Shown: piece after piece, positions 28,648 through 39,216 of the stretch | How positions within the stretch are numbered: position 1 is the first letter of the stretch | Layout of the letters: each line of letters opens with the position of its first letter | DNA from: a virus | Taxonomy: Duplodnaviria > Caudoviricetes | Virus record (IMG/VR): IMGVR_UViG_3300027515_000001 | Location: 1 to 52,703 of that record | DNA: 52,703 nt | Strand: one strand, 5' to 3' | Notes under the pieces: generated by a model | What the model saw: only the letters and a program-made list of their open reading frames with translations | Database searches by the model: none | What the model was told of the DNA's origin: nothing | Position numbers and translations under genes: made by a program

Positions 28648-29568
28648 ATGGACGTGTTTAGCATTGCAACCAGCGGACAGCCGAAGGAAACTAAGCAAAA
28701 GTTGCCATACCATTTAGTATTTTTGTCAATTCCGGTCGAGAGCCAATGCACGTTTCGCATCGTTGGCGACCCAATTGTTATGGTTCGTCGGTGGATCGCG
28801 CAAGACCCGGAAACAAAACAGTGGGTTCCGGTGTGGGGGTATAATCCGAACGACAAGCGGGTTCGTCGCCCGATCATTTTAGCAGTTAAGCGTGGCAACA
28901 AATGGATTGGCGAGCATCGCGACGATCCCATCAGTCGCGTAATTGCACAAATGCAATTGCCTGATGAGGTCAAAGAACAAGCGTTACGTCCCGATTTTCT
29001 AACGTTGTTCCCCGTGTTTGACGTATCGCGGGTAGTGCGTCAGGTTGCGGAGGATGGCTCGGTGACGCTTGTGTATCCAAATGTCAATGGTTCGTTCCCG
29101 CAAGCAATTGCGCGACATGCGGAGCTGCGTAATGAGCCGGCGATTTTGGAGTTTCGCGGAGTGCCGCGAATTCGCGATGGCGTTGCGATTGGAGAAGCCG
29201 CGATTGATAAATTGTATCAGTTGTTCTTGAGCCTCGTTGAAACCGATCCGCTGACCGGCAACGCGCAACAGCTTGACATCACGAACTATTTGTTTGTCAT
29301 GAAACGAGTGCGCGGGGAGGGCGGCAAGCCGTTGACTCACTTCCTCGCGCAGCGTTCGCAATCGTTGCCAGAGATTACATCGTATTATGATCTGACAACG
29401 TGGCCGACACCGGTCAACCACGACGCATTGCAACAGTTGCTTGACGGAACATTGTCATATAGTGACATGTTGTCCGCGAGCAATATTGAGTTGTTGCCGC
29501 GTCTGGTGACGGTTGGGCAGAACGAGCAACACGAGCAGGCGGCGGAAGAAGATCTGTTTGACGATTAA
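28648..29568 (+). CDS. Putative single-stranded DNA-binding protein
   Basis: Upstream of primase/helicase; acidic-aromatic tail EEDLFDD; AAAGGAG RBS. Confidence 0.5.
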   Translation: MDVFSIATSGQPKETKQKLPYHLVFLSIPVESQCTFRIVGDPIVMVRRWIAQDPETKQWVPVWGYNPNDKRVRRPIILAVKRGNKWIGEHRDDPISRVIAQMQLPDEVKEQALRPDFLTLFPVFDVSRVVRQVAEDGSVTLVYPNVNGSFPQAIARHAELRNEPAILEFRGVPRIRDGVAIGEAAIDKLYQLFLSLVETDPLTGNAQQLDITNYLFVMKRVRGEGGKPLTHFLAQRSQSLPEITSYYDLTTWPTPVNHDALQQLLDGTLSYSDMLSASNIELLPRLVTVGQNEQHEQAAEEDLFDD

Positions 29569-29638
29569 GCAATTGGTTCCCGTAGCAAGCAATTGTTGCG
29601 GGAACCTTGTCATCTTATCAAAGGGCAAAGGGTGGCGT

Positions 29639-30553
29639 ATGGCGAAGGGCTACAAAACAACGTGCCCGGAATGTAAGAAAGGTAACTTTTACGTAACGCC
29701 GCACAATGGTTTTGGATATTGTTTTAATTGCGGATTTCGCCAATCGAGCAGTTTTACTCATCAACCTATTGTTGTTTCGCACGAAGAAATTGCTGTTTTT
29801 CGTCAATTATACACCGAACTCGCTGCGTATTATCATAGTTGCCTTGACGAGCAGCATCGAGCGTGGTTGCATCGACGCGGTATTAGCGATGCGATGATCG
29901 AGCAGTTTCAGATCGGTTATGTTCCCGCGTCGTTTCACATTTTGTACAGCAGCGAGTTTGCAGAAAAAGCGGGTATTGCAGTCAATAAACAACCGTTTCT
30001 TGCCAATCGGATCGTATTCCCGTACTTGTTGAACGGAATAGTATACGATTTGCGAGGAAGAAGTATCGCAAATGAGGAACCAAAGTATCTTTCATTGCGC
30101 AATTCTGCAACTTTGCGCGGAGCAACAATTGTGTATAACGCGGATGTCTTAAGAGTAAAACCGAAAACGCTCGTGATTACCGAGGGAGAAATTAAAGCGA
30201 TTGCGTCGCAACAAGCCGACATTGCAACCGTCGCGTTCCCCGGCGTTCGGTCACGCCGCGATCTTCAGGTTTTTTCATCACAGCGTGTTGTTATTTGCTT
30301 CGACAACCAACTGCGCCACTATTACGACGTATATCGCGCTATTGTTGACCTTGCTACTGATTTGTTGCCGTTTACGCAACGTATTTTTGTTGCGCTATTA
30401 CCATTATGGGGCAATAACCGATGGTTTCAGCACGAAAAGATGGATATTGATACGTATATTTTACAATATGGTGAAGAAGCGTACCGAACGATCATCGAAA
30501 CTGCTATTCCGTATTTGCGATTTCTGCAATTAGCGCGAGGGTTTTTATCATGA
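29639..30553 (+). CDS. DNA primase (Zn ribbon plus TOPRIM)
   Basis: CPEC...CFNC, WLHRRGI, RIVFPY, GRSI..EPKYL, ITEGEIKA, ICFDN, DID. Confidence 0.9.
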   Translation: MAKGYKTTCPECKKGNFYVTPHNGFGYCFNCGFRQSSSFTHQPIVVSHEEIAVFRQLYTELAAYYHSCLDEQHRAWLHRRGISDAMIEQFQIGYVPASFHILYSSEFAEKAGIAVNKQPFLANRIVFPYLLNGIVYDLRGRSIANEEPKYLSLRNSATLRGATIVYNADVLRVKPKTLVITEGEIKAIASQQADIATVAFPGVRSRRDLQVFSSQRVVICFDNQLRHYYDVYRAIVDLATDLLPFTQRIFVALLPLWGNNRWFQHEKMDIDTYILQYGEEAYRTIIETAIPYLRFLQLARGFLS

Positions 30554-31812
30554 TAACTATCGCTGACTATACCAACGCCGCGTTGGAGATGCGTTTGTTG
30601 CTCGCATTGCGCGATCACCAATATCATCACCTTATCCCTGCGCTCGATCCACGTTTGTTTGCAGACGAACGAACGCGGTTGCTGTTTGACGCGATGCGGC
30701 AAAGTTTTGTGTTGTACGGTGATGTGACGGAAGACGGCATTGCTCGGTTTTATCGCGAACCGTTGCCGCAAGAATTGTCGCTACCGGTACAAGTTGACCC
30801 GTTTCCAATCATTGACGAATTATCGCGATTGCAGAAAAAGCGCGCATTATACGAAGTTAGCCAGCATTTTCGTCAACTTTCGGCGGAAACCGACCCCGAT
30901 ATTACGCATCTATTTCACGTGATTGAGCGCGAATTACCGCGAAATGTGCGCTCAATGACGATCCAATCCGGCGTGGATGAGTTTTTGTCACTATTTGAAG
31001 CGCGGCGAACTGGCAATTATCGCTGGTTGCGTACCGGATTGGAGTGGCTCGATCAAATGATCGGCGGGGAATGGCCACGCGGCGAAATCTCGATTGTTTC
31101 AGCGCGATCTGGCGGCGGCAAAACCGCGTTGATTGGCGCTTCGGCGCTGAATATGGCGCGGAACTATCATTTAGATCAATCTGAAGGCGCGCCGGTTGCA
31201 ATTTTCTCATTAGAAATGCCGCGTCCGCAGTTGGTTGCGCGGTTTGTTGCGAACTTGTTAGGAATTGATAGCAGGATCGTTCGAAATGGTATGAATATTG
31301 ACGGATCACCGATTGCACCAGAATTGATTGATCTTATTAAGGCAACAACCGAAGAAATTGCTCAACTGCCGCTGTACATCATCGAGGCCGAAGGGTTTGG
31401 CGCGGATGACATTATCGCAACGGCGCGGGCATTGCATGTTGAGCACAATGTACAGGTGTTCTTCGTGGACTATCTGCAATTGTTAAAATACGAAGGCGAT
31501 AATATGCATTATGGATTAAGTAGCGCGATTAAGCGCATTCGCGATTTTGCAAAACAATACAATGTTGCATTTGTGTTAACCGCGCAAGTTAATGAAACGA
31601 AGGGGACAATCCGCGACAGCACCGATCCCGAAAAAGATGCGGCGCTGTGGTTGCACATTGATATTGATTACGAAAGCCGCGATGAACAAGGCGTTGCGCG
31701 CACGCGGGTGTCGGTCAAGAAAAATCGCCATGGCCCGACTGGTTCGGCAAATGTGCTCTATCATTCGCGCAAACTTGCGTTTTTGGGGATGTCCGAGCAA
31801 TATCACATGTAG
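30550..31812 (+). CDS. dnaB: DnaB-like replicative helicase
   Basis: TGLEWLDQMIGG, ARSGGGKT, FSLEM, FVDYLQL, AQVN, KNRHGPTG. Confidence 0.93.
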   Translation: MITIADYTNAALEMRLLLALRDHQYHHLIPALDPRLFADERTRLLFDAMRQSFVLYGDVTEDGIARFYREPLPQELSLPVQVDPFPIIDELSRLQKKRALYEVSQHFRQLSAETDPDITHLFHVIERELPRNVRSMTIQSGVDEFLSLFEARRTGNYRWLRTGLEWLDQMIGGEWPRGEISIVSARSGGGKTALIGASALNMARNYHLDQSEGAPVAIFSLEMPRPQLVARFVANLLGIDSRIVRNGMNIDGSPIAPELIDLIKATTEEIAQLPLYIIEAEGFGADDIIATARALHVEHNVQVFFVDYLQLLKYEGDNMHYGLSSAIKRIRDFAKQYNVAFVLTAQVNETKGTIRDSTDPEKDAALWLHIDIDYESRDEQGVARTRVSVKKNRHGPTGSANVLYHSRKLAFLGMSEQYHM

Positions 31813-31817
31813 TGATT

Positions 31818-33071
31818 ATGACAATTATCACGATAAAACGGAGAAAATTAACAAAAAAGCAGAGTGCCACAAAAAAGGCAAACCGCGCAAAGAAGGTGCG
31901 CCGTGTCAATAAAGAAGTGTTGCGGCAGCGAAAACGCGAACAGCGCTTGTTGCAGCGCGAACGCGAAAAAGCGCGAAAAGCGGCGCAGCGGCAGAAGGAA
32001 CGGTTGTGCAAGCAACAAGCAAAATTGCGCAAACAGGAACGAGAGCGACAATTAGCAGAGGCGCGAAAACAACAAACGGAAGTAGTTACGCCGGTTAAAC
32101 TGCCAAGATCGTCGTATCTTGCAAAACGAACGATTACACAACTACACAAATTGTCGCAATTAACCGGGATACCGCCTGAAATTGCGCGATTTTTAGTATC
32201 TCGAACACGCATGGCGGTGAGGTATAAAATGAAAACTGACAGACAGCGGGTTAACCTCAATCAACGGCGCGGGAAACGAGCAGAATACAAAGCGGTTGCG
32301 AACATTCGTTCGTTCGGGTTTTATGCACAACGTGTTCCGCAATCCGGCGCGGGCGGAATGCGCGGAGATGTGTTAGTCACGTTACCGACCCGTGCGGTGT
32401 TGATGATCGAGGTTAAATTCTCCGCGCAATTTACCCAAGGTAACGAGAAATGTATCAGATTGCAGATGGATTGGTTTGAGACGCTCGATGAAAATTATCG
32501 CGCAATGCAGCAATATAACGTGATCGCTGCGTTGTTTTTGTTCAAATACGGGTTCTCGAACGTGTTTTTCGTCGCTATTCCAGCGGAATATTTGAAGAAA
32601 CTCGAAGATCATCTTGGCGTTTCACTCAATGATTACCAGCGACCGGTTATGAACCAACCGTTTTTGGAGAGTTTAGAACCGGTTGATACGAAAGGGAAAT
32701 CGTTAACCGTTCGTGCAACGCGGGCGTTACGCGGGTTGGCGTGTTTTCATACCGACACAAAATATCAAAAAGAACGCACAATCTATTGTTTTGCGGCGGA
32801 ATACTTTTGGGATTGGCTCGAACAAACGCTTAAAACGCAAGATCGCTGGTACGACGGCTCTATTCCAGACCGCGGCCCGCGTGGAAGGCCGCGAAAGAGC
32901 GAGTTCCCACGAGTGTTTTTGCATAAGAAAGGAGTACCACATGAACCGAACGCTGAAACCGCACTCGATGATCTCGCAGACGATCAAGACGACGCCTGCG
33001 AAGAGGATTGGGCAGACGCTGATGGAGCAGATAAAGAATGCGAAGGTGACAGTTGTCAACGCAACGACTGA
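31818..33071 (+). CDS. Hjc-type Holliday junction resolvase-like nuclease with long basic N-terminal extension
   Basis: GKRAEYK...RVPQSGAG...GDV...IEVK matches the Hjc PD-(D/E)XK pattern. Confidence 0.7.
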   Translation: MTIITIKRRKLTKKQSATKKANRAKKVRRVNKEVLRQRKREQRLLQREREKARKAAQRQKERLCKQQAKLRKQERERQLAEARKQQTEVVTPVKLPRSSYLAKRTITQLHKLSQLTGIPPEIARFLVSRTRMAVRYKMKTDRQRVNLNQRRGKRAEYKAVANIRSFGFYAQRVPQSGAGGMRGDVLVTLPTRAVLMIEVKFSAQFTQGNEKCIRLQMDWFETLDENYRAMQQYNVIAALFLFKYGFSNVFFVAIPAEYLKKLEDHLGVSLNDYQRPVMNQPFLESLEPVDTKGKSLTVRATRALRGLACFHTDTKYQKERTIYCFAAEYFWDWLEQTLKTQDRWYDGSIPDRGPRGRPRKSEFPRVFLHKKGVPHEPNAETALDDLADDQDDACEEDWADADGADKECEGDSCQRND

Positions 33072-35028
33072 TTTAGTAACCGTTTCGGTTGAAGGCGATA
33101 TTGTGTCGGTTGACCTAGAGACATCAGGGTTAGACTGGCAGCGCAACGAAGTGTTGCTCATCTCGATTGCGGATAGCTCGCAAACATCAATCGTGCTTGA
33201 TGTTTCGTCGGTCAATCCGCACGAATTGCGGGCGTGGTTACATCGAAACCTGTTTGGCCGATTGATTGTTGGTCATAATTTGAGTTTTGATCTTAAATTT
33301 TTGACGCGGGTGTATGATTTTGATCTTCGATCTTGCGCGTATTATGACACGATGCTCGCGGAAATTGTATTATTCGCCGGACTCGATTACGGCAATTCGT
33401 TGAAAGAAATCGTTGCGCGTCGTATCGGATTAGAACTTGACAAAACGATCCGCGCCGATTTTACCGCGTTCGGTCGAACCTTGACGATGACCGATACGCA
33501 TTATCGTTATGCGTCACTCGATGCGCTAACGACGCTGGCGGTGCGAGAATTGCAGCTCGTTGATCTCAGAACAAATGAGCTAGAGCAGATCGCGGAATTA
33601 GAAATGCGCTTGTTGCCGGTCGTGGTTGAGATGGAACTCGGCGGCGTTCCGTTCGATTGGCAACGATTTGAAACATTTGTTTCAGTGTTACATGAAAAAC
33701 GAACACTCGCTGAGCGGCTAATGCAAGAAGCGCTGCAACCGGCGGCGTTGAGGATCGCGGAGCACCAATCACGGCATACGCCGCAACTATTTGTTGTTCC
33801 GCAAACAATTAACATTAATAGCAAGCCGGTATGCAAAGATGGCGTCTGGAACTACAGGCAATTGTGGCCGGTGCTGCAACAGTACGGGATCGAAATTGTT
33901 GACAAAGACGGTAATCCGTCACTCTCGGCAAAAGATATGCAACGGTGGGACGCGGCGCATACGGTTGATGCCGCTATCCCGCCGGAAGCTGAAGCATTGT
34001 TGCAATCATATAGACAGTATCGTAACCCGTTGTTAAACCTCTATGCATATACAATTGCGATCCATAAACTCGATGATAGTTTTGGCAAGACGCTCAGGGA
34101 AATGTACCACAATGGCCGGTTGTACCCATGGTTTAAGCAGTTAGGCGCGAAAAGTACGGGGCGGTTTAGCAGCAATTTGCAACAGTTACCGAAAGACGAA
34201 AAAATCAAACCGCTTGGTCTTCCATCCTTGCGGCAATGTATCGCGGCGGAACCGGATCATTCGCTCGTAATCGCAGATTTCGCCGGTATCGAGTTAGTCA
34301 TTCTGGCGGATATGTCGGGTGATGAAGTGCTTGGTGATCTCATTGTGCGTTCGGCGCGGGGGGAAGAAGACATTCACTTATACGTTGTTCGGCAGGCATT
34401 TGGCGATCTCCACCCCGAAGCAAAGAATGCAACATTGGACAAGAAGAAAGTTGCGCCGTATTCGTTGTTGCGAAATGCAGCGAAACCAACGAGCTACGGG
34501 ATCGCATACGGCATCACAGGCATGGCGTTAAGCGAGACGATCTCTCAACAATTAGCGCCGCTTGGTGTTACATGCACGCCGGAGCAGGCGCAGCAAATTA
34601 TCGACAACTGGAAGCAAAAGGCATTTAGGAAAGCTGGTGCGTGGCTCGATAAAACGGCGCAGCAGGGGCAACGGTTAGGTTATGTTCGCACAGCGTTAGG
34701 ACGCAAACGCATGTTCGATCTGCGTAATGCGGATCGTAAAGCGTTGTCCGCGATTGGTCGCGAAGCAAGCAATGCGCCAATTCAAGGTACCTGCGCGGAT
34801 ATGTTGAAGTTGGCGATGGTGTACGTTGCGAAAGACCTCGATCCAGCGCGAGCGCGGCTGATCTTGACCGTACACGATGAATTGGTTTTGCACGCAACGA
34901 ATGACTACGCGCAAGAAGCGTCAATGATTTTGAAGCAGAGTATGGAAAAAGCGGCGCGAAAATGCATGCCAAGGATGGGGCAGTACGTTGTGGTCGAGCC
35001 TGCGATCTCATCGTGTTATGACAAGTAA
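32941..35028 (+). CDS. polA: Family A DNA polymerase (3'-5' exonuclease plus polymerase)
   Basis: DLETSG, GHNLSFD, YASLDA; TGRFSS, ADFAGIEL, AKPTSYGIAYG, NAPIQGT, TVHDEL; AAAGGAG RBS before ATG 32941. Confidence 0.95.
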   Translation: MNRTLKPHSMISQTIKTTPAKRIGQTLMEQIKNAKVTVVNATTDLVTVSVEGDIVSVDLETSGLDWQRNEVLLISIADSSQTSIVLDVSSVNPHELRAWLHRNLFGRLIVGHNLSFDLKFLTRVYDFDLRSCAYYDTMLAEIVLFAGLDYGNSLKEIVARRIGLELDKTIRADFTAFGRTLTMTDTHYRYASLDALTTLAVRELQLVDLRTNELEQIAELEMRLLPVVVEMELGGVPFDWQRFETFVSVLHEKRTLAERLMQEALQPAALRIAEHQSRHTPQLFVVPQTININSKPVCKDGVWNYRQLWPVLQQYGIEIVDKDGNPSLSAKDMQRWDAAHTVDAAIPPEAEALLQSYRQYRNPLLNLYAYTIAIHKLDDSFGKTLREMYHNGRLYPWFKQLGAKSTGRFSSNLQQLPKDEKIKPLGLPSLRQCIAAEPDHSLVIADFAGIELVILADMSGDEVLGDLIVRSARGEEDIHLYVVRQAFGDLHPEAKNATLDKKKVAPYSLLRNAAKPTSYGIAYGITGMALSETISQQLAPLGVTCTPEQAQQIIDNWKQKAFRKAGAWLDKTAQQGQRLGYVRTALGRKRMFDLRNADRKALSAIGREASNAPIQGTCADMLKLAMVYVAKDLDPARARLILTVHDELVLHATNDYAQEASMILKQSMEKAARKCMPRMGQYVVVEPAISSCYDK

Positions 35029-35134
35029 AGTCAGTACAATTGTTCGAGTTCCGCATCAGAATGCGCTAAAACGCGACCGCACAGGAAGCGTTCTAAGCAA
35101 TATGACACTAAGCATCAGAAAGCGGAGAAACGAA

Positions 35135-35584
35135 ATGACACACAAACCAAGCATTCCCATCGTCGCACCGTCTGATCTCGACTATCGCTCGCCGCGTGAC
35201 GGTGATGCTGGTATTGATTTGATTGCGAGTGAAACTATCGAACTACCGGCATGGGAGTGGGTTGTTATCAATACTGGTCTAAAAATCGCTGTCCCCGAAG
35301 GATACGTCGGGCTTGTGCGTGGTCGAAGCGGAAAAGCATTCAAAGAACGACTATTTGTGTTTCACGGCACAATTGACTCATCGTATCGTGGAGAAATTAA
35401 AGTTTTGATCAGTTGGCAACCATCTCATTCTAGCCCGCTCCATAAAATGACGCGATTAATCCAGCGCGGGGATCGTATTGCACAACTAGTAATTGTTCCA
35501 TTTCTTGCCGAGCAATTAGTTCGTGTTGAAACATTAGATAGCACCGAGCGCGGTGAGCAGGGATTTGGAAGTACCGGAGGGTAG
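35135..35584 (+). CDS. dut: Trimeric dUTPase
   Basis: DAGIDL, GRSG, GTIDSSYRGEI, DRIAQL, RGEQGFGSTG. Confidence 0.95.
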   Translation: MTHKPSIPIVAPSDLDYRSPRDGDAGIDLIASETIELPAWEWVVINTGLKIAVPEGYVGLVRGRSGKAFKERLFVFHGTIDSSYRGEIKVLISWQPSHSSPLHKMTRLIQRGDRIAQLVIVPFLAEQLVRVETLDSTERGEQGFGSTGG

Positions 35585-35586
35585 TA

Positions 35587-36108
35587 ATGCATAAAGTATT
35601 GTGTATGTCAGTTCATTATGAATGGTATACCCCGCCATGGATTGTTGCACGAGTGAAGCAATTGCTTGGAGTTATAGACTTAGACCCGGCAAGCAATACA
35701 GTCGCACAGCAAATTGTGCAAGCACACCACTGGTGCGGGTTTGATCATCCCGATCCAACGATGCGTGACGGGCTTCTTGTTGACTGGTCTCAATATCGTT
35801 CTGTTTTTCTCAATCCTCCGTATGGTAGATATATTGTACCTTTTGCACAAAAGGTTGCAAATTATGCAACAACGTTACCGATGGCGGTTCTTGTTCCGGC
35901 TCGGTTTAATACACGCTGGTGGTCGTTGTTAACTCGTGGTCGTTACAGCTTAGTTCTTTTTTCTCGACCTATTCGTTTTTTTACAACTGCAACAAAAGAG
36001 GCAAATACCAATGCACCGTTTCCTGTTGCTCTTCTTTGTTACAATTGTGCGATTGACCGTGTTGCAGAACTATTTCATGATCAACTTTTGTACCGGCCCG
36101 TGGTCTAG
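35587..36108 (+). CDS. Phage DNA N6-adenine methyltransferase
   Basis: EWYTP, DLDPAS, DGL..W, FLNPPY, LVPAR. Confidence 0.88.
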   Translation: MHKVLCMSVHYEWYTPPWIVARVKQLLGVIDLDPASNTVAQQIVQAHHWCGFDHPDPTMRDGLLVDWSQYRSVFLNPPYGRYIVPFAQKVANYATTLPMAVLVPARFNTRWWSLLTRGRYSLVLFSRPIRFFTTATKEANTNAPFPVALLCYNCAIDRVAELFHDQLLYRPVV

Positions 36109-36125
36109 CTGTCTTGGAGGCTTGC

Positions 36126-38033
36126 ATGCTTGATCTTTCTTTTGTTGAAAAGTACCGCACGCAACCAATTGCATGGGGATACGATGGTCTTGGCGAACTC
36201 GTGTTCTATCGCACCTACAGCCGCAAGCGCGACGATGGCATGGCGGAAACGTGGGTAGACACGCTCAAGCGGGTAATCGAGGGAGCGCAAGAGATCGGGG
36301 CCGGATACACGCAAGACGAAGCCGAACGTTTGTTCGACCACATGTTCAACTTTCGCGCACTGCCGGGCGGTCGCATGCTGTGGCAATTGGGGACGGATAC
36401 GGTGCGACATCTCGGTGCTAATTCGTTGCTCAATTGTGCGTATGTTGACATTAAAAATATCGAAGATTTTTGCTTTTTGTTTGATAGTCTGATGCTAGGA
36501 TGTGGGGTAGGATTTTCAACAACTCAGTATTATAAGTTTCCTCCGGTCAAGCCAAACGTGACTATCGATCATATTCCCTCTTCGGACGCGGATTTTATTG
36601 TGCCCGATAGTCGCGAAGGGTGGGTGAAACTGTTGCGTGAGGTACTAACTGCGTTTTTTGTAACTGGAAAATCATTTACATATTCAACTATTCTAGTCCG
36701 TCCAAAAGGAACGCCGATTAAGCGATTTGGCGGAGTAGCAAGCGGGCCGGAACCGTTGATCTACGGCGTGCAACAGATTGCGTCGCTTTTGCAGCGACGC
36801 GCTGGTCAACGCATTACGTCAATTGATATTTTGGACATCGCAAATATTATTGGTTCCATCGTTATTTCAGGCAACGTTCGTCGCTCGGCGGAGATTGCGC
36901 TTGGGTACGCCGACGATGCGGAATTTTTGAAGGCGAAACGGTGGGATTTAGGCAGCGTTCCGAATTGGCGTGCTTTCTCAAATAATACAGTTATTTGCAC
37001 AGATATTAACGAATTACCTGATCTTTTTTGGGAAGGGTATAACGGAAATGGTGAGCCATACGGGTTGTACAATCCGTATGCAGTGCGGAAATATGGCCGT
37101 ATCGGGGAAGAATTGTTTGATCCCGCAACCGGCGTCAATCCATGCGGTGAAATCCCGCTGGAAAGCTACGAGTTTTGCAATTTAAGCGAGTTATTTTTAC
37201 CCAATTTCGATAATCGCAACCAATTTTTTGACGCTGTCTATCTCCTGTATAAGCTGCAAAAAGCGATTACGCAGATGCCGTATCAATGGGATCGGAGCCG
37301 CGAGGTTGTGCATCGCAACCAGCGCATCGGCATGAGTATCAGCGGATGGATGCAATGTTCGCAGGAACGGTTAGCGTGGATCGGTGCCGGATACGAGTAT
37401 CTTCGTGAATTGAATAACAAGCAATCGACACCGTCGATCCGGTTGACGACGGTTAAGCCTTCGGGAACGTTATCGCTGCTGGCCGGTACAACGCCGGGCG
37501 TACACCCTGCGTATGCAACGTATTTCGTTCGCCGGATTGCGATGGAAGCGGCAAATCCGTTAGTGGATTATGCGAAATCACTGGGGTATTCGGTTGAATA
37601 TCGTCGCAATTTTGATGGAAGTGAGGACACAACTACTGTTTTAGTCGCTATTCCGTGTCGCGCTCCCAAAAATGCAAAAGTTGCCCGTGATGTTTCGGCA
37701 ATTGAGCAGTTGGAAATGGTGAAAATGGCGGCAACATTGTGGGCGGATAATGCGGTAAGCGTGACAGTTTATTATCGCGATGATGAGTTGCCGGTGATAA
37801 AGCAGTGGTTGCGCGATCATTATCAAGAGGCGATCAAATCGGTTTCATTCCTGAGACATTCGGATCATGGGTTCGATCAGGCTCCGTATGAAGAGATTGA
37901 CGAAACGACATACAAGGCGATGTGGGAAGAGATTAAACAACGTCGTGCCGCAAACACTGATGCTGAGATTGCGTATCAAGATGCAACAGTGTTTGACAAT
38001 GAGTGCGCCGGGGATGTCTGCCCAATTCGCTAA
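36126..38033 (+). CDS. nrdJ: Class II (adenosylcobalamin-dependent) ribonucleotide reductase
   Basis: RTYSR, PGGRMLW, LLNC, GNVRRSAEI, NPCGEI, TVKPSGT, C-terminal CAGDVCPIR; no beta subunit gene seen. Confidence 0.93.
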   Translation: MLDLSFVEKYRTQPIAWGYDGLGELVFYRTYSRKRDDGMAETWVDTLKRVIEGAQEIGAGYTQDEAERLFDHMFNFRALPGGRMLWQLGTDTVRHLGANSLLNCAYVDIKNIEDFCFLFDSLMLGCGVGFSTTQYYKFPPVKPNVTIDHIPSSDADFIVPDSREGWVKLLREVLTAFFVTGKSFTYSTILVRPKGTPIKRFGGVASGPEPLIYGVQQIASLLQRRAGQRITSIDILDIANIIGSIVISGNVRRSAEIALGYADDAEFLKAKRWDLGSVPNWRAFSNNTVICTDINELPDLFWEGYNGNGEPYGLYNPYAVRKYGRIGEELFDPATGVNPCGEIPLESYEFCNLSELFLPNFDNRNQFFDAVYLLYKLQKAITQMPYQWDRSREVVHRNQRIGMSISGWMQCSQERLAWIGAGYEYLRELNNKQSTPSIRLTTVKPSGTLSLLAGTTPGVHPAYATYFVRRIAMEAANPLVDYAKSLGYSVEYRRNFDGSEDTTTVLVAIPCRAPKNAKVARDVSAIEQLEMVKMAATLWADNAVSVTVYYRDDELPVIKQWLRDHYQEAIKSVSFLRHSDHGFDQAPYEEIDETTYKAMWEEIKQRRAANTDAEIAYQDATVFDNECAGDVCPIR

Positions 38034-38091
38034 GATTTCTCAAAATCGAATTTTGCGCGAACACGGCTTTGACCGTCGGAGAAGAACGAAA

Positions 38092-38316
38092 ATGTTCGGT
38101 GAAGCGACCGTTTTTCTCAACGAACCCACATACCCGTACTTCATGTCATTGTCAGTTTCCAACCTTCGCGATTTACGTCTGTTTGGCGTTCGCGTCGTCG
38201 AGATGAACCACGAGCGCGTTTCTTTCATTATCAACAAGAACAGTTTCGTTATGATCGACTTGAAAGAAGTTAGCGAACAATATAACGTCAAGCGAAAAAT
38301 CGTTATCCTGATGTAA
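38092..38316 (+). CDS. Small hypothetical protein
   Basis: MFGEATVF..., 74 aa, follows the RNR gene. Confidence 0.55.
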   Translation: MFGEATVFLNEPTYPYFMSLSVSNLRDLRLFGVRVVEMNHERVSFIINKNSFVMIDLKEVSEQYNVKRKIVILM

Positions 38317-38469
38317 ATGTAAGCATATACGTTTACCCAAGAGCGACAAATATCGTCGCTCTCTTCTTTTTTTTCTCCTCCGGCCATCGTGCCGGTTTTT
38401 TATTTTTGCGTTTCTGTGATAGTAATGGAACCACAATGAAACTCGCAAGAAAGTGCAAGTAATCTTTCT

Positions 38470-39216
38470 ATGAAACGTCGATCTTTCGAGCAGCGATTTC
38501 GCGACAAACTCGCGGAATACGAACAAGCGTATGATTTGAGTTCAGTTAACAGCGCGAATGACAAAGATAATCTTCGCGCCTTGATCTCAAACGCGCTCAT
38601 TATCGAGGATTTGCACGAAATGTTGCAGGAGATGAGCGACAGTCAATCGCTCGACCCAGCGAACATTGAAAAAACAACGCAACTTATTCAAAAATTGCTT
38701 GCGACTAATCAACAATTAGAGCGGCAGCTCGGAATAGATCGCAAAACGCGACGAGCAAGCGGTTCGGATAGCGTGTCGGAGTACATCGCGTCATTGCAGG
38801 AGGCCGCAAAACAGTTTCTCGATCAACGATTGACGCGGGTTATCTGTCCGAAATGTCACGTAATGGTTGGTCGGTTTGCTCCGGTACACGATCACACACG
38901 ATACGTTGTCGCATTTCAATGTTCGCAATGTCGCGAAATGGTGGCGCTTGAACGCGACGAACGCTCGGTTTGGTTCGACCTAAAGCCGAGGGAATACAGA
39001 TGGCGGAAAAACTATCCGGTTTCGATCCGGCCCGCGAAAGCGCGAAAGATCAATCCAATCTTGACGGGCAACTTAGCAGGCGTCGTGTTGGAAAGCGAGC
39101 TGGAAGAACAAGAACCAGCGACGCCCGCGCAAGAAAGTATCGAAATCGAAGATGCGACCGTCGTTATTAACGATAAAGAAGTAGCAGATCATGGCAATAA
39201 CACAGAAATTAACTGA
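38470..39216 (+). CDS. Putative terminase small subunit with zinc ribbon
   Basis: Overlaps the terL start; helical N-terminus LERQLGIDRKTR; CPKC...CSQC. Confidence 0.55.
   Translation: MKRRSFEQRFRDKLAEYEQAYDLSSVNSANDKDNLRALISNALIIEDLHEMLQEMSDSQSLDPANIEKTTQLIQKLLATNQQLERQLGIDRKTRRASGSDSVSEYIASLQEAAKQFLDQRLTRVICPKCHVMVGRFAPVHDHTRYVVAFQCSQCREMVALERDERSVWFDLKPREYRWRKNYPVSIRPAKARKINPILTGNLAGVVLESELEEQEPATPAQESIEIEDATVVINDKEVADHGNNTEIN

Noticed and set aside
32713-32940. N-terminal extension of the polymerase ORF
   Set aside because: Strong RBS and ATG at 32941; the upstream part lies inside the resolvase gene
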